A DNA stretch of 58,276 nucleotides. It comes from a virus. The position numbers were made by a program, and so were the translations under genes. Where the stretch lies: the IMG/VR virus record IMGVR_UViG_3300014202_000270. One strand, given 5' to 3'. Under the pieces are notes generated by a model that had not been told where the DNA came from, searched no databases, and saw nothing but the letters and a program-made list of their open reading frames with translations. This document shows positions 48,101 to 55,689 of this stretch, in pieces (position 1 is the first letter of the stretch; each line of letters opens with the position of its first letter).

Positions 48101-51100
48101 ACAACAAAAACAACAAGCTCTACAACTATACTCTCAATACTTAGATAGTATATTTCCTGATAGTAAAGTAAAGGATATTGTTTATCATGGTGTAACAAAA
48201 GGTAAAGAAGCTTATAACAGTATCTTACAAAATGGTTTTCTTACTACTAACAAAAGCAATTGGTCTAATAATAAGGATAAAGAATTCAAAGGTGTATTTT
48301 TTACAGACCTTTCTACTGCCACATCTTATGGAGTAAACTTAGAAAGAGAAATTAGACCAGAAGAAAAAGATTTTGTTATTCCTGCAATAGTAAATATTGA
48401 GACATTATTAACTCCAAAAATGGGATTAGTATCGGGAACTGTTACCCGACTTAGAAATGAAAACTTAAATGTAAAAAATCTGGGTATACAAGGTGAAGAA
48501 GGTTCAGAAGGTGTACATGAAAACACTGTAGTATTTGAACCAGAACAAATCCATATACTAGGAAACAAACAAGATATAGAAGGATTTAAAGATTTTGTTG
48601 GTAGAAATAATGTTTCTTTCTTTAGACCAGATGTTTCTACACCTACAGATAACTTAGATAGAGATGTAAGCATTAAGCTCCCAGATTATAGAGATCAAGT
48701 AGAAGAGTTCTTTGAGAATAGTGAGGATAATTATAATCCCGGCGCTACTTATAGCCAGGAACAAACTAGTAATAACTTTGGTAACGAAGCTATCAGTTCA
48801 CTTATGCAGGTGTTATCTGATAATTTAGGTGTTCCTTTTGAAACAGTTGCTTCTTCCGAGGAAGCGGCGATGATTTTAAAAGATAGTGGTATTGAGTATA
48901 GAGGGGAGCCCGCGTTTTTCTATAATGGCAAAGTGTACTTTGTAGAAGGCCAGATTACTGCAGAAACTGTATTCCACGAGTTTGCTCACCCTTTGATACA
49001 ATCTATAAGAATACAGAATCCTAAGTTGTTTAATGCTCTATATGAAGAGTTGATTTCTACACCAGAGGGTCAAAAGGTATTAGCTAGAGTTCAAACAAAC
49101 TATGATTATACCGGAGATAGATTAAAAGAGGAGGTTATTGTTACAGCTATGGGTCTTGAGGGACAAATGCGTAATACTGGTGAGCCTGTATCTAAACAGT
49201 ATAAGTCATGGATTGAGAAGATTCTTTTCCACATCAAACAGTTGTTAAGAGGTCTGTTTGGTAAGAGTATTAAAATCGAAAAGCTTAATACTAATACCAG
49301 CATTAAGCAGCTGGTAGATATGATGACGGGAGAAAAGTTTGCTTTAAGTTCTGAGGTGTTTACTAATGACGAGGTTGCTGAGTTTATACGCCTTGAAACT
49401 AGAGAGCAGATAGAGTTTGTAAATGCCGTAGAAAGCACCGGCGCAAGTGTTTTAAGTTTAATTGATGCTGCTACAGTATCAGCTCAAGAATTTGAACAGC
49501 TTGTTAAACGTTCTAGTGATAATGAGATAAAAGCTTTAATTGAGAAAGATTCTGTGTTTGAGCAGATGCGTTCTCAGTTAATGTCAGAGTCTAGCTTAAA
49601 CAGAAGGAACATAGTAAATGCTATGGCTGAAGATGCTATTGCTAAGAACAGACAAGCTGCCGCATTAGCAAGAGCTCTGTTTGGATACAATCAAGTATTT
49701 GATGTTATAGTGAAAAACATTGAGGCTCTAGAAAAATTAAAACCAGAAGATGTTACCCCTGATACAATTGCTAGAATTATGTACTATCGTGATTTAGCAT
49801 TGTATGTAGAAGAGAATTTTATTAACCCTCTTCAAGAGGTAATTCAGGATAGTAACTTAAAGAACCCTGTTCAAAAACAAGGCATCAGGGATTTTAAGGA
49901 TACGGTAAGTGCGATGATATCAAGCATATCTATCATAAAAAGAAAATCAAATGATATTCTTGAAAAGCAGCTTACTGAGTTTTTAGGTGACTTAACTAAA
50001 GACATGAGACTGAACATCGAACAAAATTTTGGTGGAAGGTTTAAAAACATTGTTAGAATTGATACTGGTGACGAAGCTTTTGCAGAGCAAATTGCTGAAA
50101 AACTTCTTGCTAATCAACCATTAACAGAAGCAGATAAAAGCAAAATGTCTAGAGGCGCTGAGGTTGCACTTAATGATCAGATAAAAAACTACAAGGGTGT
50201 AGAGATTACACCTGAGAAGATTAGAGCTGAGTTAGTTGGTGAAGGGCCAGGAATGAACTGGTTAAATGCGTATCTAGAATCATATAGTGCTAGTCAAAGT
50301 TTGATATCTGGTCCATTCTTCGCATATCTTAAAAACAAATATGCTGAGATTGACGCTGAGACCTCACGTATATCTAACAATCTTATAGAAGAGTTACAAC
50401 CTTTCCTTAAAAATCTAAGCAAGAATGAAATTTTACTTCTTGGTAAGGCTTTAGCTTTTGAAGATGCTGTCGCTGACATTAATGAAAAAGGTGAGTTAGT
50501 ACCCAAAAGGGTGTGGTCATACATGGATAGATTTAAAGATTACCGGTTTGATCTTTCTCAACTAGAATTTGGTCTTCAAAAAGCTATAGAGAGTAAAGAT
50601 CAAACAGCTATTAGAGCTGCATATAAAGCTTTGGAGAAATTCAAATCTGATTATATGTGGCAGATGTATGATCGGGAATATTACGATGTAAAAGATTCTG
50701 TTTATGATAAGAATGATGTTACCCGGGATGCATTAATGGAGAAGGAAATTATTCTTAATGAGCTGCGGAATGCAAGAACCCCCCTACAAACAGAATTAGA
50801 TCGTTTCAACAGCTATTCAAACATTAGATCTCTAGAACGTCAACTAAAAGAGTTATCTAAACTTACATATGAAGATGGTACTCCAAAGATTGATGATCCA
50901 GCTCGTGGGATATTTGATTTAACAAAAGCAAAAACTCATCAAGAATACGCTGAAAAGAGTAGGAAGTTTTATGAGTATAAACTTAAAGAGGGCGCTTTTG
51001 AAAAAGCTTTTTCAGCTTTTGAAGATAGTTTGATTGCTGAGGGATTAAATGAAGAAGAAAGGGAAGAAAGGTTAATGGAGTGGTTGAATCAAAACACTCG

Positions 51101-54056
51101 TGTTGAATTCGACGAAAAATACTTTGATGATAAACAGCGTGCAATACAAGCACTAACAGATTTCATTAATGCTAAGTTTCCTGCTGGTGCTAGAAATACA
51201 AGAATTGCTGAAATACATTCTGAGATCAATGACCTTTTGATTCTTGCCAGGGATCCTAGTGGTCAAATTGATGTAACTGTCTTATCACCAGAAACATTTA
51301 AGAAAGTAAAAGACTTACAAGAAGAGATAGTTCAAATTCAAAGAGAACAGGTTGGTATATCTGGGTTATCTTCTGTTGAATGGGATAGATATAATGAGCT
51401 TAATAACAAGACAACACTGCTTACCCCATCCGAGGCTACAGAGTTTGATACTCTCAGAGCTAAGAAAGATACTCTGGGTTTAAGTAAACCAGATAAAGAT
51501 ATTTATTACAGTTTGTTAGCTGCTGTTTCAGATCTTACTAGTAAAGAACCAAACCAGGATTATGTAGATACTATAAACTTTTGGATGAGTAAGCTTGGTA
51601 GAGATGAAGTTACTGCTGAAGAAGCTGCTAATATTTCTGCTGACGTCGCAACAGCTAATTTTCTAATGTCTCTTGATGGATCTTTTAAAGATTGGTTTTT
51701 AGCAAATCACGTACAAAAAGAAAATAAAGATGGTGTTTACTATGAAAGGTTGTATCTATGGAATATTATTAGACCAACTAATGAGGATTATGTAAAGACT
51801 ACTACGGTAACACTGAGTACAGGTAAAGAGATAACAGTTAACGCTGTACCTGGTTCAAGATTCTATGATCGTTCTGTAAAAAAAGAATACAAGCTTTTAA
51901 AGAAAGATGACTGGTCCAGCTATGTAGGTGTTTATATCGACAACACTAATCTTTCTGAGAATCCTAATTTCTTACCTAGACCTTATGTTCCAGGAGATAG
52001 AAACTCAGCTAAAGATGATAGGTACATAAACAAAGATTTTGAGGCCATGGACAAAAACTCTGATATCTATAAGATATTAGAGATTATGAAAAAATACCAT
52101 CTTCAAACACAAAATGTAGTATCTACATATGGTAAGCTTTATCTTGACTTACCAAGATTCGGTATAGAAGACAACCAAGAATTAATTCTCCGCGGCGAGA
52201 TTAAGAAAAAAGCTCTGCGTACATGGACACAAATTAAAGGTTTAGTAAGTAGAGAGGCTAGAGAAAAGGAACCGCTATTTCGTGAAACTGCAGATTCAGA
52301 TGTAAACTATGATTCTCAAAAGAACATGGTTCGTGTAAATGCATTAGGTGAAGAGCAGGAATATATTCCAATTGGTGGATTATCTAGATTAGACACTGAC
52401 CAAGTATCACTAGATGTAATAAGAACTTTCCATAAGTACTTATTCAGCGCGATGCGCTATAAACAGCTAAGTGATATGGACCCATTGGGTAGAGCACTTA
52501 AAGAATTTACTGGTTCAGAACAAAATGCTCAGAAAAATACTAAGCTTGTAAACAGAAACATTGCTCGTGTAAAGGGTATAACTAAGTATGTTCGTGATAA
52601 ACGCCGGCAAGATTTAAGAGCTGCTCAGATATCGCATCTTTATGATCGTGAGTTTTTAGGTATACAGAATAATAGTTTTGGTAATAATCCATACCTAAAT
52701 AAAATCACTAAGTTCTTTATGAAGCAAGTATCATTTGGATTCTTTGCTTTAGACGTGGTATCTGCTACTAAAAACTGGGGTGGACAGATTGTACAAAATG
52801 CTATTGAAGCTGCGGGTGGTAAGAACATAACACTGTATAGTTTGGCTGTGGGTAGTAGAATGGCTCATCAACAAATGGTTCGCATGCAGGGCCAGAGATA
52901 TGAGAAAGGTTTACCTTCTCTACAGACACAGATGATGCTAAACTTTGATCCGGGCCAGAGTTACTTTAGCCAAAACTTTGGTAAAACTCAAAGTCGTGGA
53001 TTTATTAGCGATGTTACAAGTTTGTCTTTCTTTATGTCTCCTCGTAAGTTTTTAGAGAGACAATCTGTTTTAGAGTTATTCTTTGGGATGATGCATCACA
53101 AAATCATCGAGAGAACTACTAGTGATGGTAAGAAGATAAACATCCGGTACATTGATGCTTGGGAGCTGGATGCTTCTGGTAAAATGAAATTGAAAGACGG
53201 CGTTGATAAAAAATATGACTTAGGTGGTACTGAGTATGCTAAGTTTAAAACGTTGATGCAAAATGCTGCTAATAAACTTTATGGTGCATATGCTGATATT
53301 GACCAACCCATGGCTAATAAGTTCTATGCATATAAAGTAACAAGCTTCCTTCGTAAATATTTTACTGAAATGTTTATGAATAGATTTGGTTTTAGTACCC
53401 GGGATGGTAATGTTGGCGGATACAGGTATAATTGGGCAATGAACACTGTAGAAAGAGGGTATTATGTGGAGGGTGTTCTTGCAATAATTAAAATGGCTAA
53501 TGTATCAAATAAGTATTGGAAGTTCATGAGTAAAGAAGAGAAGTATGCTCTTCGTAAAATGCTAATGGAGGTTATCATTGTAGCTATGCTATATATGATG
53601 TCTACAATACTGTTTGGATATGACCCAGATGATGACGATAGATATCAAAAGTTGCGGGCAAAATCAGGAGATATGTTTAGTGATAACTTTAACGTTGATT
53701 GGTGGTTAGCCCAACACTTAATTTTATTTTCTAAAAACGTATTCGCAGAAACAACATCTTTTATCCCAGTGCCAAAACTTGGTTTAGAAGACCTTCGTGA
53801 AAATGCTGACTTAACAAGTTTAGTATTTGGTAGGTCAATAGGTCAAATGGGAACATTAATGAAAGATATGTTCTACATGTCAATTGGCTCAGAGAAAGCT
53901 AAATATACTAGAGATGTTGGTCCATTCTCATGGCAAGAAAAAGATAGCTACAAGATTATGAACCATACTCTAAGTCTATTTGGTGTTAAAGGTAAGTTCT
54001 ATGACCCCGTGGGTAGAGGAATTATGCCACAAGAATCTGTTGAAGCACGTAAGTAA
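45135..54056 (+). CDS. Giant polyvalent cargo protein: two zincin motifs, GNAT acetyltransferase, ADP-ribosyltransferase (ART-PolyVal-like), helical C-terminus with TM-like segment
   Basis: HEPFH 46953-46967; RNKGLGK GNAT motif A (~47910); VYHG..GVFFT..SY..VVFEPEQI (48180-48550); HEFAH..EE 48975-48989; MLMEVIIVAMLYMMSTILFG ~53560-53618. Confidence 0.8.
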   Translation: MACKIRNLTDSAVQSLITDIVVKTNGLYKPEGTTLTTSAENFSESDLEKMVKDWSIGQYKNTAFTDNWYTVNAGPKEVVVSFAAPTKLIKAYEVKLGLKSLDQANDELAGVEPEALYQESGVSRRESIDLENITPQELKDLEDSVKYSMEVEKDQNLLSKGGQMYHYLNEIDAQRFDDLVKRFGEFPKEFKITLKVTRYEKRENSVGYDSWNEYQDLMYVKLNNNKKSNLYKLVNTDTGEEIVPKIRLLSASKDAKGKIAEDYGLEFKPTKIFSANRSIAFVLYVQKPNKKKYISFAKKYIYDAIKFLPSGAGIKYINLDLIEKFLEAYPEEMWDYINTTYSPEDSTNINASINIQNNIRFKLPKLGLLEAIEKITGIKLQGASFKNYDRTGGVKKVLRVEWGERVTIDYTKLSEKQLRKAISYYLRSKNYFKPSSVEENVRKYAEHNGIDYDKLRELVFGDIDEAIENIAYNTTGNSDEMEVSKWRESIREYDWQSVELFSKPYKDYLKTAKERITKKFKDKTLSNGISHLDYFFTGNFNWLNINLNRISGQYYLSDMETPADVGVDFKMMGFANPFEVANYKKPVPGKTFLPEEEVFNRLAAVLHEPFHALHALSYGTKEELELRKAFQALYDTDFGKTMLSQTFGGTYNKKNVSFDLAYKEFSAFFTQMMLFPKDWINATDLRSNDIYEFYEKIATLDDKQYTEIVKTLEKIGTEEVVVTEEEKLKLTFLQKLYNFLVKALNNIIPLSKKFFSVIQESRLVDKTVIKDVFGEVEKEVVRKVPLPKELRAKKEEFLAAMDDFKNAINVLMNIDTELFSSENIANFFYKEGPFYQETGTPIKPGVQELFDSNPELANQVYEALGFKTKIDNKFSLTKNDTLYKKLEEGINTYQINYDGRVIGKIAVFDTGKNITIKGLEFNQIERNKGLGKNFYKWLNNEANKKGGVLWGDPEQISPDAYRVWESLNKEGLVDITKSTPRFIETQITPQQKQQALQLYSQYLDSIFPDSKVKDIVYHGVTKGKEAYNSILQNGFLTTNKSNWSNNKDKEFKGVFFTDLSTATSYGVNLEREIRPEEKDFVIPAIVNIETLLTPKMGLVSGTVTRLRNENLNVKNLGIQGEEGSEGVHENTVVFEPEQIHILGNKQDIEGFKDFVGRNNVSFFRPDVSTPTDNLDRDVSIKLPDYRDQVEEFFENSEDNYNPGATYSQEQTSNNFGNEAISSLMQVLSDNLGVPFETVASSEEAAMILKDSGIEYRGEPAFFYNGKVYFVEGQITAETVFHEFAHPLIQSIRIQNPKLFNALYEELISTPEGQKVLARVQTNYDYTGDRLKEEVIVTAMGLEGQMRNTGEPVSKQYKSWIEKILFHIKQLLRGLFGKSIKIEKLNTNTSIKQLVDMMTGEKFALSSEVFTNDEVAEFIRLETREQIEFVNAVESTGASVLSLIDAATVSAQEFEQLVKRSSDNEIKALIEKDSVFEQMRSQLMSESSLNRRNIVNAMAEDAIAKNRQAAALARALFGYNQVFDVIVKNIEALEKLKPEDVTPDTIARIMYYRDLALYVEENFINPLQEVIQDSNLKNPVQKQGIRDFKDTVSAMISSISIIKRKSNDILEKQLTEFLGDLTKDMRLNIEQNFGGRFKNIVRIDTGDEAFAEQIAEKLLANQPLTEADKSKMSRGAEVALNDQIKNYKGVEITPEKIRAELVGEGPGMNWLNAYLESYSASQSLISGPFFAYLKNKYAEIDAETSRISNNLIEELQPFLKNLSKNEILLLGKALAFEDAVADINEKGELVPKRVWSYMDRFKDYRFDLSQLEFGLQKAIESKDQTAIRAAYKALEKFKSDYMWQMYDREYYDVKDSVYDKNDVTRDALMEKEIILNELRNARTPLQTELDRFNSYSNIRSLERQLKELSKLTYEDGTPKIDDPARGIFDLTKAKTHQEYAEKSRKFYEYKLKEGAFEKAFSAFEDSLIAEGLNEEEREERLMEWLNQNTRVEFDEKYFDDKQRAIQALTDFINAKFPAGARNTRIAEIHSEINDLLILARDPSGQIDVTVLSPETFKKVKDLQEEIVQIQREQVGISGLSSVEWDRYNELNNKTTLLTPSEATEFDTLRAKKDTLGLSKPDKDIYYSLLAAVSDLTSKEPNQDYVDTINFWMSKLGRDEVTAEEAANISADVATANFLMSLDGSFKDWFLANHVQKENKDGVYYERLYLWNIIRPTNEDYVKTTTVTLSTGKEITVNAVPGSRFYDRSVKKEYKLLKKDDWSSYVGVYIDNTNLSENPNFLPRPYVPGDRNSAKDDRYINKDFEAMDKNSDIYKILEIMKKYHLQTQNVVSTYGKLYLDLPRFGIEDNQELILRGEIKKKALRTWTQIKGLVSREAREKEPLFRETADSDVNYDSQKNMVRVNALGEEQEYIPIGGLSRLDTDQVSLDVIRTFHKYLFSAMRYKQLSDMDPLGRALKEFTGSEQNAQKNTKLVNRNIARVKGITKYVRDKRRQDLRAAQISHLYDREFLGIQNNSFGNNPYLNKITKFFMKQVSFGFFALDVVSATKNWGGQIVQNAIEAAGGKNITLYSLAVGSRMAHQQMVRMQGQRYEKGLPSLQTQMMLNFDPGQSYFSQNFGKTQSRGFISDVTSLSFFMSPRKFLERQSVLELFFGMMHHKIIERTTSDGKKINIRYIDAWELDASGKMKLKDGVDKKYDLGGTEYAKFKTLMQNAANKLYGAYADIDQPMANKFYAYKVTSFLRKYFTEMFMNRFGFSTRDGNVGGYRYNWAMNTVERGYYVEGVLAIIKMANVSNKYWKFMSKEEKYALRKMLMEVIIVAMLYMMSTILFGYDPDDDDRYQKLRAKSGDMFSDNFNVDWWLAQHLILFSKNVFAETTSFIPVPKLGLEDLRENADLTSLVFGRSIGQMGTLMKDMFYMSIGSEKAKYTRDVGPFSWQEKDSYKIMNHTLSLFGVKGKFYDPVGRGIMPQESVEARK

Positions 54057-54098
54057 AAAAAAATGGGGGAAAGAGCATAAGCTCAATCCCCCACATTT
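54055..54098. terminator. Terminator between convergent structural and replication modules (U-tract on - strand, probably bidirectional)
   Basis: A-run then TGGGGGA-aa-GAGC-ataa-GCTC-aa-TCCCCCA hairpin between stops at 54056 (+) and 54112 (-). Confidence 0.85.
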
Positions 54099-54111
54099 AA
54101 ATTTTAAATCT

Positions 54112-54333
54112 TTAAGATTTATGAACACACTCGTCTACATCTTCAATTTCAGCTGGTGTATCATCTACAACAGCGAATCTTGTTTTTTCAAATGATGTAA
54201 ATGGCTCTGGTGGAATAGTTGCTTCCAGAATAAAATTACCTTTTTCTGTTACTTCTAGAACTTTATATACAGCGTCTTCAATTAAACCGCTGTTATAACC
54301 ACTCGCGTTTATACATTTTACAAAAAGGCTCAT
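54112..54333 (-). CDS. Hypothetical phage protein (73 aa)
   Basis: ORF fills the gap in the - strand operon, ATG 3 nt after upstream stop. Confidence 0.65.
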   Translation of the reverse strand: MSLFVKCINASGYNSGLIEDAVYKVLEVTEKGNFILEATIPPEPFTSFEKTRFAVVDDTPAEIEDVDECVHKS

Positions 54334-54336
54334 GTA

Positions 54337-54657
54337 TTACGCTTTAAAAGTTGCTAAATCTAAAGCTTCACCGGCGCCGATTAAATCAAATACGTCGTAT
54401 TTTCTTTCAATAAGCAGGCTAAACAATCTCCCTACTGTGTAGATATTACCTTCCAGATAAACTTCAGCAATAGATTTATGCATATGGTTGGTGATATCCT
54501 TTACCATATCATCATTAAATACCTGGTCAGTTTTAATTAGAAACTCTCGGATATCATCTTCTGTTACCTCAGTCAAAGGAATCAAGTAGGGTTTACCATC
54601 TTGGTATACCAAATCTGTGTAGAGGTGTTTTACCTCATTTAATTTTACGATGTTCAT
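54337..54657 (-). CDS. Hypothetical phage protein (106 aa)
   Basis: ATGA overlap with upstream gene; KPYLIPL...YDVFDLIGAGEALD. Confidence 0.7.
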   Translation of the reverse strand: MNIVKLNEVKHLYTDLVYQDGKPYLIPLTEVTEDDIREFLIKTDQVFNDDMVKDITNHMHKSIAEVYLEGNIYTVGRLFSLLIERKYDVFDLIGAGEALDLATFKA

Positions 54658-55037
54658 TTTTCAAAGAATTGTTTAATGTTTGGTTTTCTGTAATTAGGGC
54701 CTTTTAAAATCTTACCGTCTTCTCGCAAAATAGGTAAACCATTTTCACCTAATTTTGTCATGTTGCTATCATGGATTTCTCTAAAAACATCAGCGATTAC
54801 ATCTTGCATACCATGTTTGATAATGGTACCAAGTAAGATGTATAACTGATCTCCTAGAGCGTCAGCAATCTCTGGTAGATTACCTTCTCCACATGCAATA
54901 AGATACTCTACATTCTCCTCTTTCATGAGGTCGTGTCTTAGAGTGCACTCTTCCATGGGAAGTAGTGTAGGTATCTTAGAATAGGGTTGTCTAAAAGATT
55001 GGTGAAAGTCAATGACTTTCCACAGTTGCTGTTGCAT
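54654..55037 (-). CDS. MazG-like all-alpha NTP pyrophosphatase (DR2231/dUTPase-like)
   Basis: EENVEY..EIADALGDQLY..EIHDSNMTK..REDGKILKGPNY signature. Confidence 0.88.
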   Translation of the reverse strand: MQQQLWKVIDFHQSFRQPYSKIPTLLPMEECTLRHDLMKEENVEYLIACGEGNLPEIADALGDQLYILLGTIIKHGMQDVIADVFREIHDSNMTKLGENGLPILREDGKILKGPNYRKPNIKQFFEK

Positions 55038-55689
55038 ATTCTTCAGGGATTAGTTCAGAATCAATGTGGTCAAAGATACCATTTTGTTTAAAATCATCTC
55101 CGTAAAAACCATAACAAGAATCTATAAATTCAAGATGCTCGTGGCCTAAATCACACTTTTCTTTTTTGTAAAGCTTGAATCCATAAACATCACCAGTTAG
55201 ATACTGGTCATATGTCTTTACTTCATCTTCTAGAATATCCTCAACTTTAGTTAAAGTGCTTAGGTTAGTGTTACCATATTCTTTTAGGATCGTGTTGGTA
55301 GGGCAATATATGTACCCTACCTGACCAGAATCCCAGCGGCAACTAAAACTAGAAGTACTCATAGTAATACCACTGTGATCATAAAGATATAATGGTAGAA
55401 TTACAAAGTCTTCTCTTGATTTAATCCAATCTTGAAGCTGCTCTTCATCGTTATAAACTTCTTCATACATTTCGAGATCTTCTATAATCTCAGTTATTCC
55501 TAAATCGTCTGCAATTTGTTGTAAGCACTCAAGTTTACTGTCTGCTTGAATATCTCCAAGATTATATCGTCTGTGTACACAAATCATTGTTCCTAGATTA
55601 TCCCAACTTCTGGGAGAATCAGGATTTTCGTCATGTACAATATGTAGTACATGATCATTTTTTAATTCTATTATTTTGTATGGTTCCAT
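55009..55689 (-). CDS. Conserved-looking acidic phage protein of unknown function
   Basis: SPRSWDNLGTMIC.HRRYNLGD, LPLYLYDHSGITMS..WDSGQVGYIY, YDQYLTGDVYGF..DSCYGFYG; TAATG coupling to polymerase gene. Confidence 0.7.
   Translation of the reverse strand: MEPYKIIELKNDHVLHIVHDENPDSPRSWDNLGTMICVHRRYNLGDIQADSKLECLQQIADDLGITEIIEDLEMYEEVYNDEEQLQDWIKSREDFVILPLYLYDHSGITMSTSSFSCRWDSGQVGYIYCPTNTILKEYGNTNLSTLTKVEDILEDEVKTYDQYLTGDVYGFKLYKKEKCDLGHEHLEFIDSCYGFYGDDFKQNGIFDHIDSELIPEEYATATVESH

Noticed and set aside
2343-52828. Numerous 60-118 aa ORFs on the opposite strand or in alternate frames inside large genes
   Set aside because: Fully nested in long, motif-bearing CDSs and lacking recognisable motifs; expected shadow ORFs
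53980-54195. 71-aa + strand ORF across the strand switch
   Set aside because: Runs through the terminator hairpin and overlaps both convergent genes
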